Shown: one piece after another, positions 10,889-29,640 of the stretch
Layout of the letters: each line of letters starts with the position of its first letter
How positions within the stretch are numbered: the first letter of the stretch is position 1
From: Amoebidium appalachense
Taxonomy: Eukaryota > Protista > Ichthyosporea
Direction of reading: 5' to 3'
Assembly (NCBI GenBank): GCA_963693365.1
Contig: CAVNZM010000016.1
Location: forward strand, 5,572,543 to 5,636,542
Length of the DNA stretch: 64,000 nucleotides
The notes under the pieces: model-generated
The model's database searches: none
What the model saw: the letters and a program-made list of their open reading frames with translations, nothing else
What the model was told of the DNA's origin: nothing
Program-made: the position numbers and the translations under genes

Positions 10889-11994
10889 ACACACACACAG
10901 ACACATACTTCCCACCCATTCGTGCCCTGGGGGGGAGGGGGGGAGGGGCCCGCAGGCGAAGGGGGGGAGAGGAGGGGGGTGGGAGGAAGGGGGGAGTATG
11001 ACCGTATGGCATATCATCCGAGTTGCAGGTGATCATGGAATCCTATTAGTTAGCCTCAATATTACGTTTTGGCATGGTATGTAAACCGCTGCTAATTATA
11101 GTACTATCATAAGTGATCAGGTTATCTGATGTAAAGTCACATGATGTCAGCCTATGGGGTGGGTGGGTCCCTCCCCCCGGTGGGTGGTGGGTCCCCCCCC
11201 GTCCCCCCCCCCCTCCCCCCCCCCACACACACACCCTTTCCTGCTAGCTGGAGGGGTCGGAGGGTCCCCCCTCCCCCTTGGGGGGGGGGGGACCCACCTG
11301 TTCAGAAAGGGGTGTGTCCCCCCCCCCCCCCCCCCCCCCCCCCCCAGCCCCCAGCCATTTAGCTACTGATTTTGAAACGGGGAGGGGGGTAGTGGTAACT
11401 TTCGGGGGGAGCGGGGTAGTAGTAACTTTCGGGGGGGGGGGGGGGGGGGGGGGGGGGGGAGGGGGGGGGAGGGGGGGGGGGGGGGGGAGGGGGGGGGGGG
11501 GGAAGGGGGGGGGAATGGGGCAGCTGATGCCCACTTATTTGTCGCTTGCTTCAGTGAATTGTCTTCCGTTAAATTTATGACACATATGTCCAGTCAGGTG
11601 CAATGTGACTTCCGCTCTTTAGAGTCTCATAGTGCCTCCCAATGGCATCTGCTGTGCCGTTTTTTATTTTTTGATATATTATTTACCGTATTTACGTACC
11701 TTTACACAACCCACGCATACTGAGGGCTGCGTTAGTTTAGGTAGCTAAGTTGGGTTGCCCAGGTTTTCACAACGGTCTGAAGTGACCACGGTGATCTGGT
11801 TCGTGCATGCATGCGCCCTGTACATATATGATTGTGGAATTTGAAAAGCAACTTGTCAGTTGTACATGTGGGGGTATATATATAAGGCTTCACTGAATGT
11901 ATCGCACGATTACACTTGTGATGCAGCTTATGTAACGATAGTAGACTTCAAAAGGTAGGGGGTTGAAGGACGGTCGGGAAAGGTGGGGGGAGAA

Positions 11995-12037
<43 letters not shown>

Positions 12038-12389
12038 CAGTCCAAGTGGACCATTTATCTGATTGATATATTTTAGAGACTGAGTTCGATGCACATATGG
12101 CCATATTATACGCCCCCAGCCCCCCCCCCCCCCCCCCCCCCCCCCACCTCCCCCCCCCTTCCCCCCTCTCCGTACTCCTTTGCCTCCCTGGTGCAAATAC
12201 TGCGGAATAACCAGGTGCCGGTTGCTGAACTTAAAAGGCTTGTGCGTTTTTTGTGCAAATATTTGTTGCCTGCCTTGCCTGGCAAATTGCACCGAATTTG
12301 TCCGGCGGTGTTTGTCAAATGGTTATAAGAATTCGAACGTGACCTGGTCACCTGGTGCATGCATCATCGGGGGGGCAAAAAGAAACTTT

Positions 12390-12423
<34 letters not shown>

Positions 12424-12462
12424 CCAGTCGGTTCATTTGAAATTCCCCCGCCGAATGCAGAG

Positions 12463-12498
<36 letters not shown>

Positions 12499-12684
12499 TT
12501 CCCCCAGAACAACAACCAGATGCTCCGTCCTCTTTCAGATCCCAACGGCACACATATAGGGGTTCGCTTTAGTTATAACACAGATGAACCGCTATTTTGT
12601 TGGGCATAGACCCGGGCCTCTCCCCCCATCCCCCCATACCCACCTGGCAAGTCCGACGAAATATTTGCGCACGGTAGATGCCCC

Positions 12685-12752
<68 letters not shown>

Positions 12753-12849
12753 AGAGAGAAAAGAAACGAAAAAAGAGACACAACGCACACACAAACACGC
12801 ACTCACGCACGCACGCACGCACACACACACACACGCACGCACGCGCGCG

Positions 12850-12911
<62 letters not shown>

Positions 12912-13342
12912 GCGCGTGTACACACACATGCACGCAGGCACGCAGGCACGCACGCACGGTCGCACGCACGTGCGCGCACACACAGACACACCTACACTCC
13001 ATACCCCCCTACAGTACCCCCACCATCATGAATATACTTTGAATACAAATTCCTGAAATACAAAGACCGTCAGTTGCTGCCAGTCTTACGTGGCACGGTT
13101 TTTCTAGTGAGGATCATTGGCGAATGACGCTAATGGGTTCAAATCAAAAGGCGAGCCAACAAGCTGCGTTCACATATCACGGCACAATTGTCGCGTGGGC
13201 AAAAGATAAGGGATATTTTTTTTCTTTTTTTCTTTTCTGTTTTTGCTAGGGGGATGATCATCAATGTGGGCCAAGCCTAAAAACAAAGATGCAAATCTTT
13301 GCGGCCCTTGGCGATAGTGAGCAGCCCCCCCCCTCCCCCCCC

Positions 13343-13391
<49 letters not shown>

Positions 13392-13439
13392 ACCCCCCTC
13401 TCACCTTGCCCTCACTGAGTCCCAGAGAACATACGTGCG

Positions 13440-13805
13440 GTAGAGTTGGAACCGGTTATACGGGTGAAGGGAAGACTCCCGCCCGCCCAAATAAGTACGC
13501 CGGAACAAGTGTAGGCAGCGTGTGGCGCTGTCCACGCGGGCCGCGACCATTTGCACGAACAATAACCCGTATGCATCGAATGGCACACCCAAATACTTAT
13601 AAAACGTGCGACGTGGAAGAATATCGCCGGCAAATCATGGGATGGGACGTCGACCGACACATCAATGCTTTTAGAGAAAAGGGCACATTTCTTAATATTC
13701 ACCTGCCTAAAATTATCGATACACAATTGTTCCACCACCCACAGATATGCATGTAACTCCGCATCCGTCTCGGCCAATAGGGCGACGTCGTCCGCATACA
13801 GAAGT
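13440..13805 (-). pseudogene. Non-LTR (LINE) retrotransposon reverse transcriptase relic
   Basis: Minus strand reads ALLYADDVALLAETDAEL...NIKKCA (YADD at 13798-13787), then after a frameshift FYKYLGVPFD (about 13604-13575). These correspond to RT domains 5-7 of non-LTR elements. Confidence 0.85.
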
Positions 13806-14553
13806 GCGGGTGGGGCGGGTGATGTGTGTGTGTGTGTGTGCACCGTATTCCGTAGAAAGTAGCTCCGCTAAATCGTTGAAGGGAGGGGGGAGGGAACAAT
13901 TGAGCTCGAGTGTGTGTATTTTATTTTTTTTTGGTGGGGGGGGGGGGGGGGGGGGGGTGGCTGGGATTTTGGGGATAAGTGAGAACTTCCGGGAAAGAAG
14001 GAGTAGCACAAAGGGGGGTTTCTTCATTTTTCCAATGAGTTTTGGGGCCTTTTTCAACATGAAACGGTTGGGGTTTTTTGTCAAATTGTGAAATGTATGT
14101 GTATGTATGCCGGGAGGGGGAGAATCGAGGAGGAAGGGAAGAGGAGGGGAAAAAAGTGGGGGGGAGGGGAGGCGGGCAGGAGGATAAGGTTGGCTGGTTA
14201 GTAACCCTACTCTTTCAAGTAGGATAAGTATGGTTAACACAACAGCCAAAAAGCTTGCACAACCTTTTTTAGCTGTATTCTTTTCCTATTCTTTCCTTTT
14301 TCCCTTTTCTTCTTTTTCTTTTCTTTTCTTTCTCTTTCCGAATTTTCTTTATTTCTTATTTTTCTTTTCCCTATTTTTTTTCGGAGGGGGAAGGAGAGCT
14401 GCCGGGAGGAGGAGAGGGGGATGGAGACTAAATGGGTGTTTGTTGTGTGGGTAGGTGAAGGTGGATGGGTGTATGCGTGGGGTTTACTGCGGAGGCAGGG
14501 TATGCGCACCTGGTGTGTTCAATCACTGCCGGTGTGTAAGTAAGGATGCCACG

Positions 14554-14593
<40 letters not shown>

Positions 14594-14829
14594 TGGTGGT
14601 GGTGGTGGGGGGAGGGGAGGAATGGGGGCGGGTGCGGGTGCAGGCAAGGAGGGAGGGAGGTCTTTAAATGTGGGTTTGGGTGATCTAAGCGGAAGAGCTG
14701 GTGAGACGGGATAGTCGGGGAGACAGTGTGGATATGAGTGTCGCATATGTGTAAATATGGGTGGGTGTGTTGTGTCGGTAAGTTGGCATCTATCTTATAT
14801 GCAGTGTTAGTCCTGGGCACACGGGAAGG

Positions 14830-14864
<35 letters not shown>

Positions 14865-15946
14865 GGAGGGAGGGAGTAGGGAAAGGGGGTATGGATGAAT
14901 CCATAAGCAAGCCCTGGGAGCATGAATGATAAAAGAACAAACCGTATGTGGATGTGTTAGTGGCATCAGTTTGCTAGCTAAACTCGTGCGAAGTTCACAG
15001 GCAATGCTAGCAACGTGCACCCTCCCCCCTTCCCCCCACTCCCCCAACCCCCCCACCCCCTTCCCCCTTCCAAGATAAGAGTCCTCGGCCACTCCCTCCT
15101 GGCCTGCTCGATTCCAACCTTGCCTTCTCCCACCCCCTCCCCATATGATGCATACAAAGTCGTTGTGAGTATTTCATCGACTGATTCGTCAGTTTCCTGT
15201 GTACAACGAAGAGCACAATATGTGCACAAGCATGCACATGGTTTATGCAAAAACGAGGTGATTAAACATGCGTGCATTTTTATTAGCACGTGACAGTTAG
15301 CAGGTATGATTTATCATAGTTATACGGGAGTTCATATAAGTCCTTCGTGCTTATATACCGGCTATTGGAAATACTGCATTCCCACAATCCCTTGAAGCTG
15401 CGACATACATGTACACCCTACAATTAGATGCTTCAACAAACAAAACAACGTGTCTCTTTCCTACGTACCCTTACGAACTGTAGACCTACAACGTGTGTTT
15501 TCATTATATGTGTTACGTTCTTAACCATCTAAGCGTGTCGGGGCCGCAGTCTCAAGCCACACGAATGCCTTCCTCCCTTGCCAGCTCCAGAAATTCTTTC
15601 CGTTCGTCCTGAGTCCATGTTCCTTCTCCAACGTCATAGAATACAATCAATGCCTTAAACTCGCATCTCCATTTTCTTTTGAACCGATTTCTGTAACGGC
15701 GTACCCGTGTAAAGGCCGTCAACTACTCTGAATACCGTTTTATTACAACTACTGTTCGCTCTGAAGCTGCTTGTATTTCTTGGCGGGTCTGCATTTCAGG
15801 ACGGGGCATCATGGTTCGCATCAACGACACAATCCTATCGTATGTAGTGGTAGTTCGCATGGTCGACCTTGCTGCACCTCTTTCGAGGCCTCTCTGTTTG
15901 GAATTATTTCTTGGCATGGCCGGAAACAATATAGGTTGTAGTTGCG

Positions 15947-16135
15947 TTTTTGTTTAGCAAGCAAAGCTTTTTTTTAAACATTCATGCTTTTGTTTTTAGC
16001 AGTGCCATGCAAGCTTTTGCTTACCATGAAAGCTTTTGCTCACCATACAAGCCTTGGTTTACCATACCAAACTTTTCTCACCATACAAGCTAAACAAAGC
16101 TTTTGCTTACCATACAAGTCTTGGTTTAGCATACA
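15947..16135. repeat. Minisatellite, ~20-bp unit (aagcttttgcttaccatac/a), about 7-8 degenerate copies
   Basis: Repeated variants of aagcttttgc(t/c)taccat(ac/g)a. Confidence 0.8.
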
Positions 16136-17275
16136 GGTAAATGTGATGTAAACGTTATGAAAATGTTACCTGGCACGTACTGACGGTGCCTGGGCTGCCT
16201 TGAACTTCACGTTCGCCTCACACCCTCTATTTTTCCTTACACTCTCGCGACCGCGTGCATGCTTTCTCTCGCGGCGGCTCTACGGTCCCGAGAGTCCAGT
16301 GTTCGCTGTGTGTGTAAGGAAAAATACGAGTCACCTCAGTAGGTGACAGGAATGTTACAGGCTTCAAGTGAAGTCCCGGCCAGGTGGGCCGGTGGGACAA
16401 TGATGTCACGTTTGCGCAAACAGCGCGCCGATCACGATTTATTATGAATTTCACGAAGCACTGGTCACAACCGTTCATGCGGCAACTCCTGGACAAGGCC
16501 TCCTACTCTGTCAGAGTAGGAGGCCTTGCTCCTGGACCGACAGACGTGAGGGTGACTCACCCGTTACCAGTGCATGGCCTCCTATTTTTTTGGTGAACAT
16601 CCACACCTATTTGGGTGGCCTTGGTTTCGACACTCAAACACGTGGTGCACTCGGAGCTCTGTATGTTGGGTCTTCTATGTGCACTGCACAACCATCATGG
16701 CGCGGTTGACATAGGGACCTAATACAACGTGTGCTATGTTTTTGCTCGGCGGTGATTTCTCACTTGAACTTGGGCTTGTCACGGTTGTGTGGATTTGGTG
16801 CGAGACACCGAGTGCAGGACACCGATCCATCCTTAGCCAACCGTGATAACTTTAGCTGACGCTATCTAGGGGAGCCTTTTCTAGAAGGTGAAGAGAACTT
16901 AGGGCATACCTGCAATAGTAGAGCCCTGACTCGCAGAGAGTACCCTCGATATTGCTCAAGTTGCCGAACCCAGCCCAACGTCTCGCTAGAAGCCAGCTGA
17001 TTATCATGATTCTCAGTGCAGCAATGGCGGTTTCACTACGAATGAGGCAGTTTTTTTGTGCACATTATGCTTCAGGGTAGGTGTTTTGTGCTTCTTTTTT
17101 CTGGCCCCGCCTCGCCCTTTACCCCCCCCCCTTTTTGCTCTATAAGCACACCACATAGCGCTATGATGGGCACGGTTATTTCGTTAACCAGTCCCCCCAT
17201 CTTTCGGACCTAATTTCTTCTTTGGCACTCGTTGCATCCTACATCGAGAATTCCCTTTCAGAACCCTGAAACTTT

Positions 17276-17322
<47 letters not shown>

Positions 17323-17509
17323 CCCGCCCGCCCTTCCCTCCCCGGCTATCTCTCCCCATCTCTCTGCCTACCCCCCTCCATACACACACCTCCCCCCCCC
17401 CCACCTCGCACACACACACACACACTCTAGACGGTTAGACAACAACAACCTTAAGATATTGTCTGGATGCTGGCTGGTTGAGGGAAACTGTGTGTTCTCA
17501 ATAGTAAAA

Positions 17510-17543
<34 letters not shown>

Positions 17544-17661
17544 CGTGCGTGCGTGCGTGCGTGCGTGCGTGTTTGTGTGTGTGTGTGTGTGCGTGTGTGT
17601 GTGTTTGTTTGTGCTCCCTGCGCAAACACACAGGGGCACGTGTGTGGCGGAGTGTCTCTCC

Positions 17662-17736
<75 letters not shown>

Positions 17737-20513
17737 TGTTTGTGTGTGTGTGTGTATGTGTTCTTGTTCGGTTGTTCCCCATCTCCCTGCGTTAATCCCT
17801 CTCCCCTCCCCCCCCCCCCCCCCCCCCCCCCCCCAAAAAAAAAGAAAACCCGCTCTTTTAGGGGGGATTATTTTCTTATAATCCCCAGCTTTGAGTTTGT
17901 GCCATTTTGTGTCTGTTGACACAGAAACCATCATTCCCAAAGAAACTCGTATGTTTTCTATGTTTTCTTCTTATGGTAGTAATACAGTGGCATGTGTAGC
18001 GTGCATCACCTGTCAAGTACTGCATGCACGTTCACGAGCACACCACCCATCACACCACCACAAACCAATTACTCACCGAGAACCTAATAATGTACATATA
18101 CACCTACCCACGTACACCCCCCTCCCCCCCCCCCCTCTCCGCCGCCTCCCCCCAGCACACACCCACACACACACCAACACGCACACAACACACATAATGG
18201 TATCAATGAATTAATTAGTTAGTTATGCACATCAACACCCATTTGTAATACCTGCACACGATTGCACTTGGCAAGCTGGCACACCGTGAGGAAAGCAAAA
18301 TCGGCATTCATAAAAGCTTCCACACCCCTCACTCTCTTGCACGTGCAAAAAAGTTCACACAACGTTAACCGAACCCTTGGTTCGGGTAAGAGCATTGGCC
18401 ACCATCTTCCACCCCCCTTTGCTCCCCTCCCCCCCCCCCCCCTCCCCACCTCGACCACTCTCTCACTGGTACTATTGAATCCCCCCCATCCCCCCCCTCC
18501 TCTTCCTCTCAAAGAGTCATATTCCCTACCGCTCCCCCACCCCTCTCCATCCGGATCCCCTCCCTCCCCTTGCCACCAGCACTAGTCACTGTGTCAATGC
18601 GGTTGTCGGGCCAGTACATGTGAGCCTTTGAGGCTGGGAATGATTTCGACTCAAGTTGGCCCGGTTGGCTCATGATCATGGCAAACTTCTAACTTCTTTG
18701 CGTAAATAGAACCCATATGGCTTTTTAGACTATACCCACCTCAGGTCTGGCAAGTCCTGAGGTGGGTGTCCTTAGCTGCGGATTTTGGGTTTGGCGTCCT
18801 GAAGGGAGCTTGAGGGAGTTGGGGGACTCGCCCGGGAGAGAGAGGGGGCCGGAGGGGGGCCAGGGGGGGAGGGGGGGGGGGGGAGGTGGGTTGTCCAGAA
18901 CTCTTTTTGAGGCCCACCCCACCCCTTCCCGAGGGGGGAGGGGGAGGGGGGGGGGGGGGGGGGGGCTAAGGGGGTTGGAGGGGAGAGTGGATCCGGACGG
19001 GGGGCGGGGTTCCGGGAGGAGCCGTGGGCTGCCTGGGGGGGCTCGACTGGAGCCTGCCAGCCACCGGCCGGCGCGGCCTCCAGCCAGAGGCCTGGCGCGC
19101 ATCCGATGGGTGGGGCCCGGCTACAATTACGTAGCTCATGATAACGGCTAGATGCAATATCGGTAAACAGTAAATGTTCACAATGATTAGTAGTAATTCA
19201 GGTTAAAATGGTACAAAAAGAAAAATCATGATCAGAGCGCATGACATATCATGGAGACAAAATGTCTCTAAAAATGCCTTACACCGATTGGATTTTTACA
19301 ACGTACCAAGAAGCTCGCATTATATTAACTCTGAATCACATAATAATGCAACTGAGCTACTAATATTTTCCCCCTAGTATTCAAGTTTTTCGATTCTCTA
19401 TTACCTGCTGCTAATTTTACTTTCAATAAAATTCAACGAGCAGCAAATTCGCGAATCTAAACGAATTAGCTAATGACGACGAGCCTTTGCTCTAATTAAA
19501 AACTGCAGGCGATTGGCTTAGTATCATGTCTAAATACTGACGTTTTGCCCCCGAGCTCAGAGGGCTGGCGGACCGGTGGTTGCGCCCCTGCTTTGACAGG
19601 TTCAAAAAATTCAGAGGTTGTAGGTTGATTGACAAAAGGAAAAAGTTTTCGTGAAGCACTATTTTCCGTGCAACAGAATACAAGAGTTGTAGGGCCACGA
19701 CAAGAACAACCAGAGACAAGGTAAAGTTACAAGTAAACCCTACTTGTAACTAATGCATCTGTCATCAGAGATCGCTCGTGCACTGGCGGGATTGCCATTC
19801 GTACGTACACGTGATGGTTCGAAACACTTGGGTAGTTGAAGGAAAGCAAGGGACCTGTTGTTTTTAATACAGCTTTTCCCGCCAGACCTCTTTAACATGG
19901 TGGCACGATGTTAGCATCTTCATGAAAGGGAGAGCAACTGGCCAGCGCACACATGTGCACACACGTTGGCGGATGGTGCCCATGTCTAATTAGTACTTCA
20001 AGTACTTATAGTGTTGTTCACCATTGCTCTGATGCTTGTCATCACTCAGAGATCACGGGGAAAGGGTGTTGAAGGAGGGGGGAGGGGGGGGGGAGGGGGG
20101 GGGGGGGGGGGGCCAGGGGGGTTTATTTTTTTCCCTAATAATTTTCTAATGATTTTCTTGGGGTGCTTGAGAAGGAAAAGAACTTTATTATACCGTACTG
20201 CTCATGTCTCGTGTACAGTATTGTCTTCATCCTGTGCGTGTGCACGCACCTCGATTCTACTCGATTCATACGTTTCTCTCCCTCCTCTCCATCCATTTTC
20301 TTTTGGGCGCCTGAAGTTCGCGGGCTAGCGGTATGATAACCACAGTGAGGCTTTGTCATTCGTGAGTCCAGATTACTTACCCCCCCCCCCCCCCCCCCCC
20401 ATCCAGGCCTCTCTAAACCCCCTCCCCCTTCTCTCTTCCCTCTTATAATTTCACAGTTTCTCTCTTCCCTCTAAGAATTTTACGGACACCACTCGGGAAG
20501 AGGGGGAGAAGGT

Positions 20514-20549
<36 letters not shown>

Positions 20550-20920
20550 CCCAGTTTAAAATAACCACATGGCCCATATTGTAAACTTTGATATTCTAGG
20601 ACTCAGTCCTCAGGCGGGGCCACAGAATCATGTACCCAGTCGATATTTCTCAAGTTTTAGGCAAACCCCTTGTAAAAACAACGTTTTATGCTCTCAGCGA
20701 TTATGAAATATGGACTCATACCCCAAATCGCTACTGTAACACCACACACGGCACAAACTTTACGCGTATAAGTATATGCTTGGACCCACGAAACAATGCA
20801 TATGCGTACGCGTTTATCTAATTCCCGAGGTGGGTGAAAAAAGAAAAAAACCTTTGGAGCGGGCGACTAATACACACAGGCTATTTTCATCCTCACCCGC
20901 AACATCTCCCATATCCACAG

Positions 20921-27201
<6,281 letters not shown>

Positions 27202-28071
27202 GGTATCGACTGCTGGGGAAAGATAGAGTGGATAGAGGTTGGGGAGGGAAGGAGGAGCGCGGATGTGCGTATACTTTCTTCTTTTTTTCTTGTGGAGGGG
27301 AGGAGAGCTGGAGGGGGGGAGGGGGAGGGGGGGGGGGGGTTATGATTTGAGGAGAAAACTAGCAGCCAAGGGAACAAGCAACATACGAGGGACTAGGGGG
27401 GGGGGGGGGGGGGGGAGGGGACAGATATTGACCACAGCCTCGAGTCATAACTAATGCCATTTTTAAAGTTTTAATATCTTGTGTCAGTACCGCTGACTGT
27501 GGGTTGGGTCTAATGTACCTGAAAAATTATAGCACATACTTTTTTTTTTAACGCAGCCCGTTACCGTATACGATATGATATCTGCAGCCCAAACCAAACG
27601 TATTAGATCTAGAGAAATGCCAGATTAAATTTTATACCCCCCCCCCCCAAAAAAAAAAAAAAATTAAAGAAAAAAAGCTTTCCCTTGTTGTGCATGGTGG
27701 CTTTTTGACCTCAAGAATGAGTAAATCTCAAAACTTCACTACGGTATTTGAACTATTGCAAAAATTCTTCGTTTGAGGAAGCGAACTTCATGTAATGAGG
27801 GTGATGAGTAGAGGCTGGGGTGACTGAGGCTGTGTGTGTGATGGAATGAACAGAAATCGCATTACTTGGTGTCTTCCCACAACGCATCATGTCCCGATTG
27901 TGTTTAACCCCCCCCCCCCCCCCCCCCCAACAACAACACACACACACACACACACCTTCCTTTGCATCCGTACGACCCCTGTGTGTGTCTCTATATCTCC
28001 TAATCCCGCTTCCCACCCCTGGCCCTCTCCTTCTACGTGTGTATGAGTGAGTGTGAGAGAGGGGGGAGACT

Positions 28072-28111
<40 letters not shown>

Positions 28112-28121
28112 GTGAGAGAGA

Positions 28122-28175
<54 letters not shown>

Positions 28176-28191
28176 TCGAGCGAGAGGGAGA

Positions 28192-28257
<66 letters not shown>

Positions 28258-28501
28258 TTTGTGTGTGTGTATTTGTACGTGTGAGCAGCTCGTGCGAGCA
28301 CGTGTACGAGTGTGTGCGCATGTGCGTGTGCGTGTTTTTTGTGCGTGTGTGCGCGTGTGTGGGTGCGTACGTGCGTACGTGCGTGCGACACGTGAGTGCA
28401 TGAGTGCGTGTGTGCTTGCATGCGTGTGCGTGTGCGTGCGTGTGTGTGCGTGAGCTGCGCGTGCACGTGCGTGTGCGTGTGCGTGCGCATGTGTGTGTGT
28501 G

Positions 28502-28603
<102 letters not shown>

Positions 28604-29249
28604 CCGGGAAGGAGGAGGGGCGTACCGTGGGATCCGCAATTCCGCATATGATAAGGCAACGACACGCTGGGCACCGACCTCGGTCGGGGACCGGCGACTC
28701 GGAGGGATCTATCCTGATCTATTCGAAATCAAAAGTATCCAATCATATAAACGAACATGTGTTGTAATTTAGGACTGCCTGATATTATACTAATCATGAT
28801 AGTTGTTCAGCTTGTGGAATGATGCTCTACATCTCCACTCTCCAGTCTTGCACGCGATTATGCAAATAGTATAAATCGATGAAAAAGAATATCGCACAAT
28901 ATATATAATAAATGCCATTATAATTAATCGGAGCGCACTCCATACAACGTATTGTACTGTACATCATGTTTCGCCAGAAAAGGCGATGGGACCCCAGTAT
29001 CCAATAGGACTCGTCCCTTTAAATTTGTGCATGCTTGCCAAATTTGGAAATCACGTTTCAGCGGTTCAGTTCTGTCCTGTGGCTGCACTGCCGACGTCGC
29101 GACATCATCAATGCATAGAAGAAAAATCAACATGATTAATAATAATATACTGAAAATATTCTTTCCTAAATCTCAGGAGTCGTCTAAACTCTGCTCGTCA
29201 AACAAAGACACAAGAATTTTGAAGATCAGATTGCGGAGCATGTTTCATG

Positions 29250-29276
29250 TGATTGGCTAATCCGATCTACCAATCG
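29250..29276. promoter_or_regulatory. Pair of CCAAT boxes upstream of the SDR gene
   Basis: tgattggct and accaatcg about 380 bp upstream of the ATG at 29641; motif match only. Confidence 0.3.
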
Positions 29277-29640
29277 CAATGATTTCCGACCCTGGTTCAA
29301 ATAGTTCAGCACAGCTCCCTCACGCAGTTGCAGTTGGGATTAGAGAAGGCACTCTTTAGAGTAAAAACATATGTTTGCTGTCATTTGTATGCGTCCTAGC
29401 AGCGTTGTTTCTTAACAACCGGGTTCATTTTGAGTTAATTACCCTACCTGTTGTGATACAAAACGTAAACCTGTAGCACGAGGTCAGGCTTTAGGGCTTC
29501 AAACCACCTTCACCACTCTTCTACAGCCTTTGTAGAGCGCATCTTTCCCCTTTAGTGGGCCTTCAGACAATTGCAAGAAGGCGGGATTTTTGGTTGTGCC
29601 ATAGCAGTACTTTAGCATTTGAATCCACAAACACACCAAC

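Noticed and set aside
10073-11084. Long ORFs rich in HT/CV/P/G (also at 24125-26965, 27753-28772, 35004-35828, 44826-45691 and elsewhere)
   Set aside because: These are translations of (CA)n/(GT)n and G/C homopolymers, which lack stop codons. Only the short embedded exons are real.
15947-16135. CRISPR-like array (also 56521-56795)
   Set aside because: Degenerate tandem units without unique spacers, no cas genes, and a eukaryotic context.
16590-16640. tRNA-like B-box (ggtttcgac)
   Set aside because: No cloverleaf or A-box could be formed.
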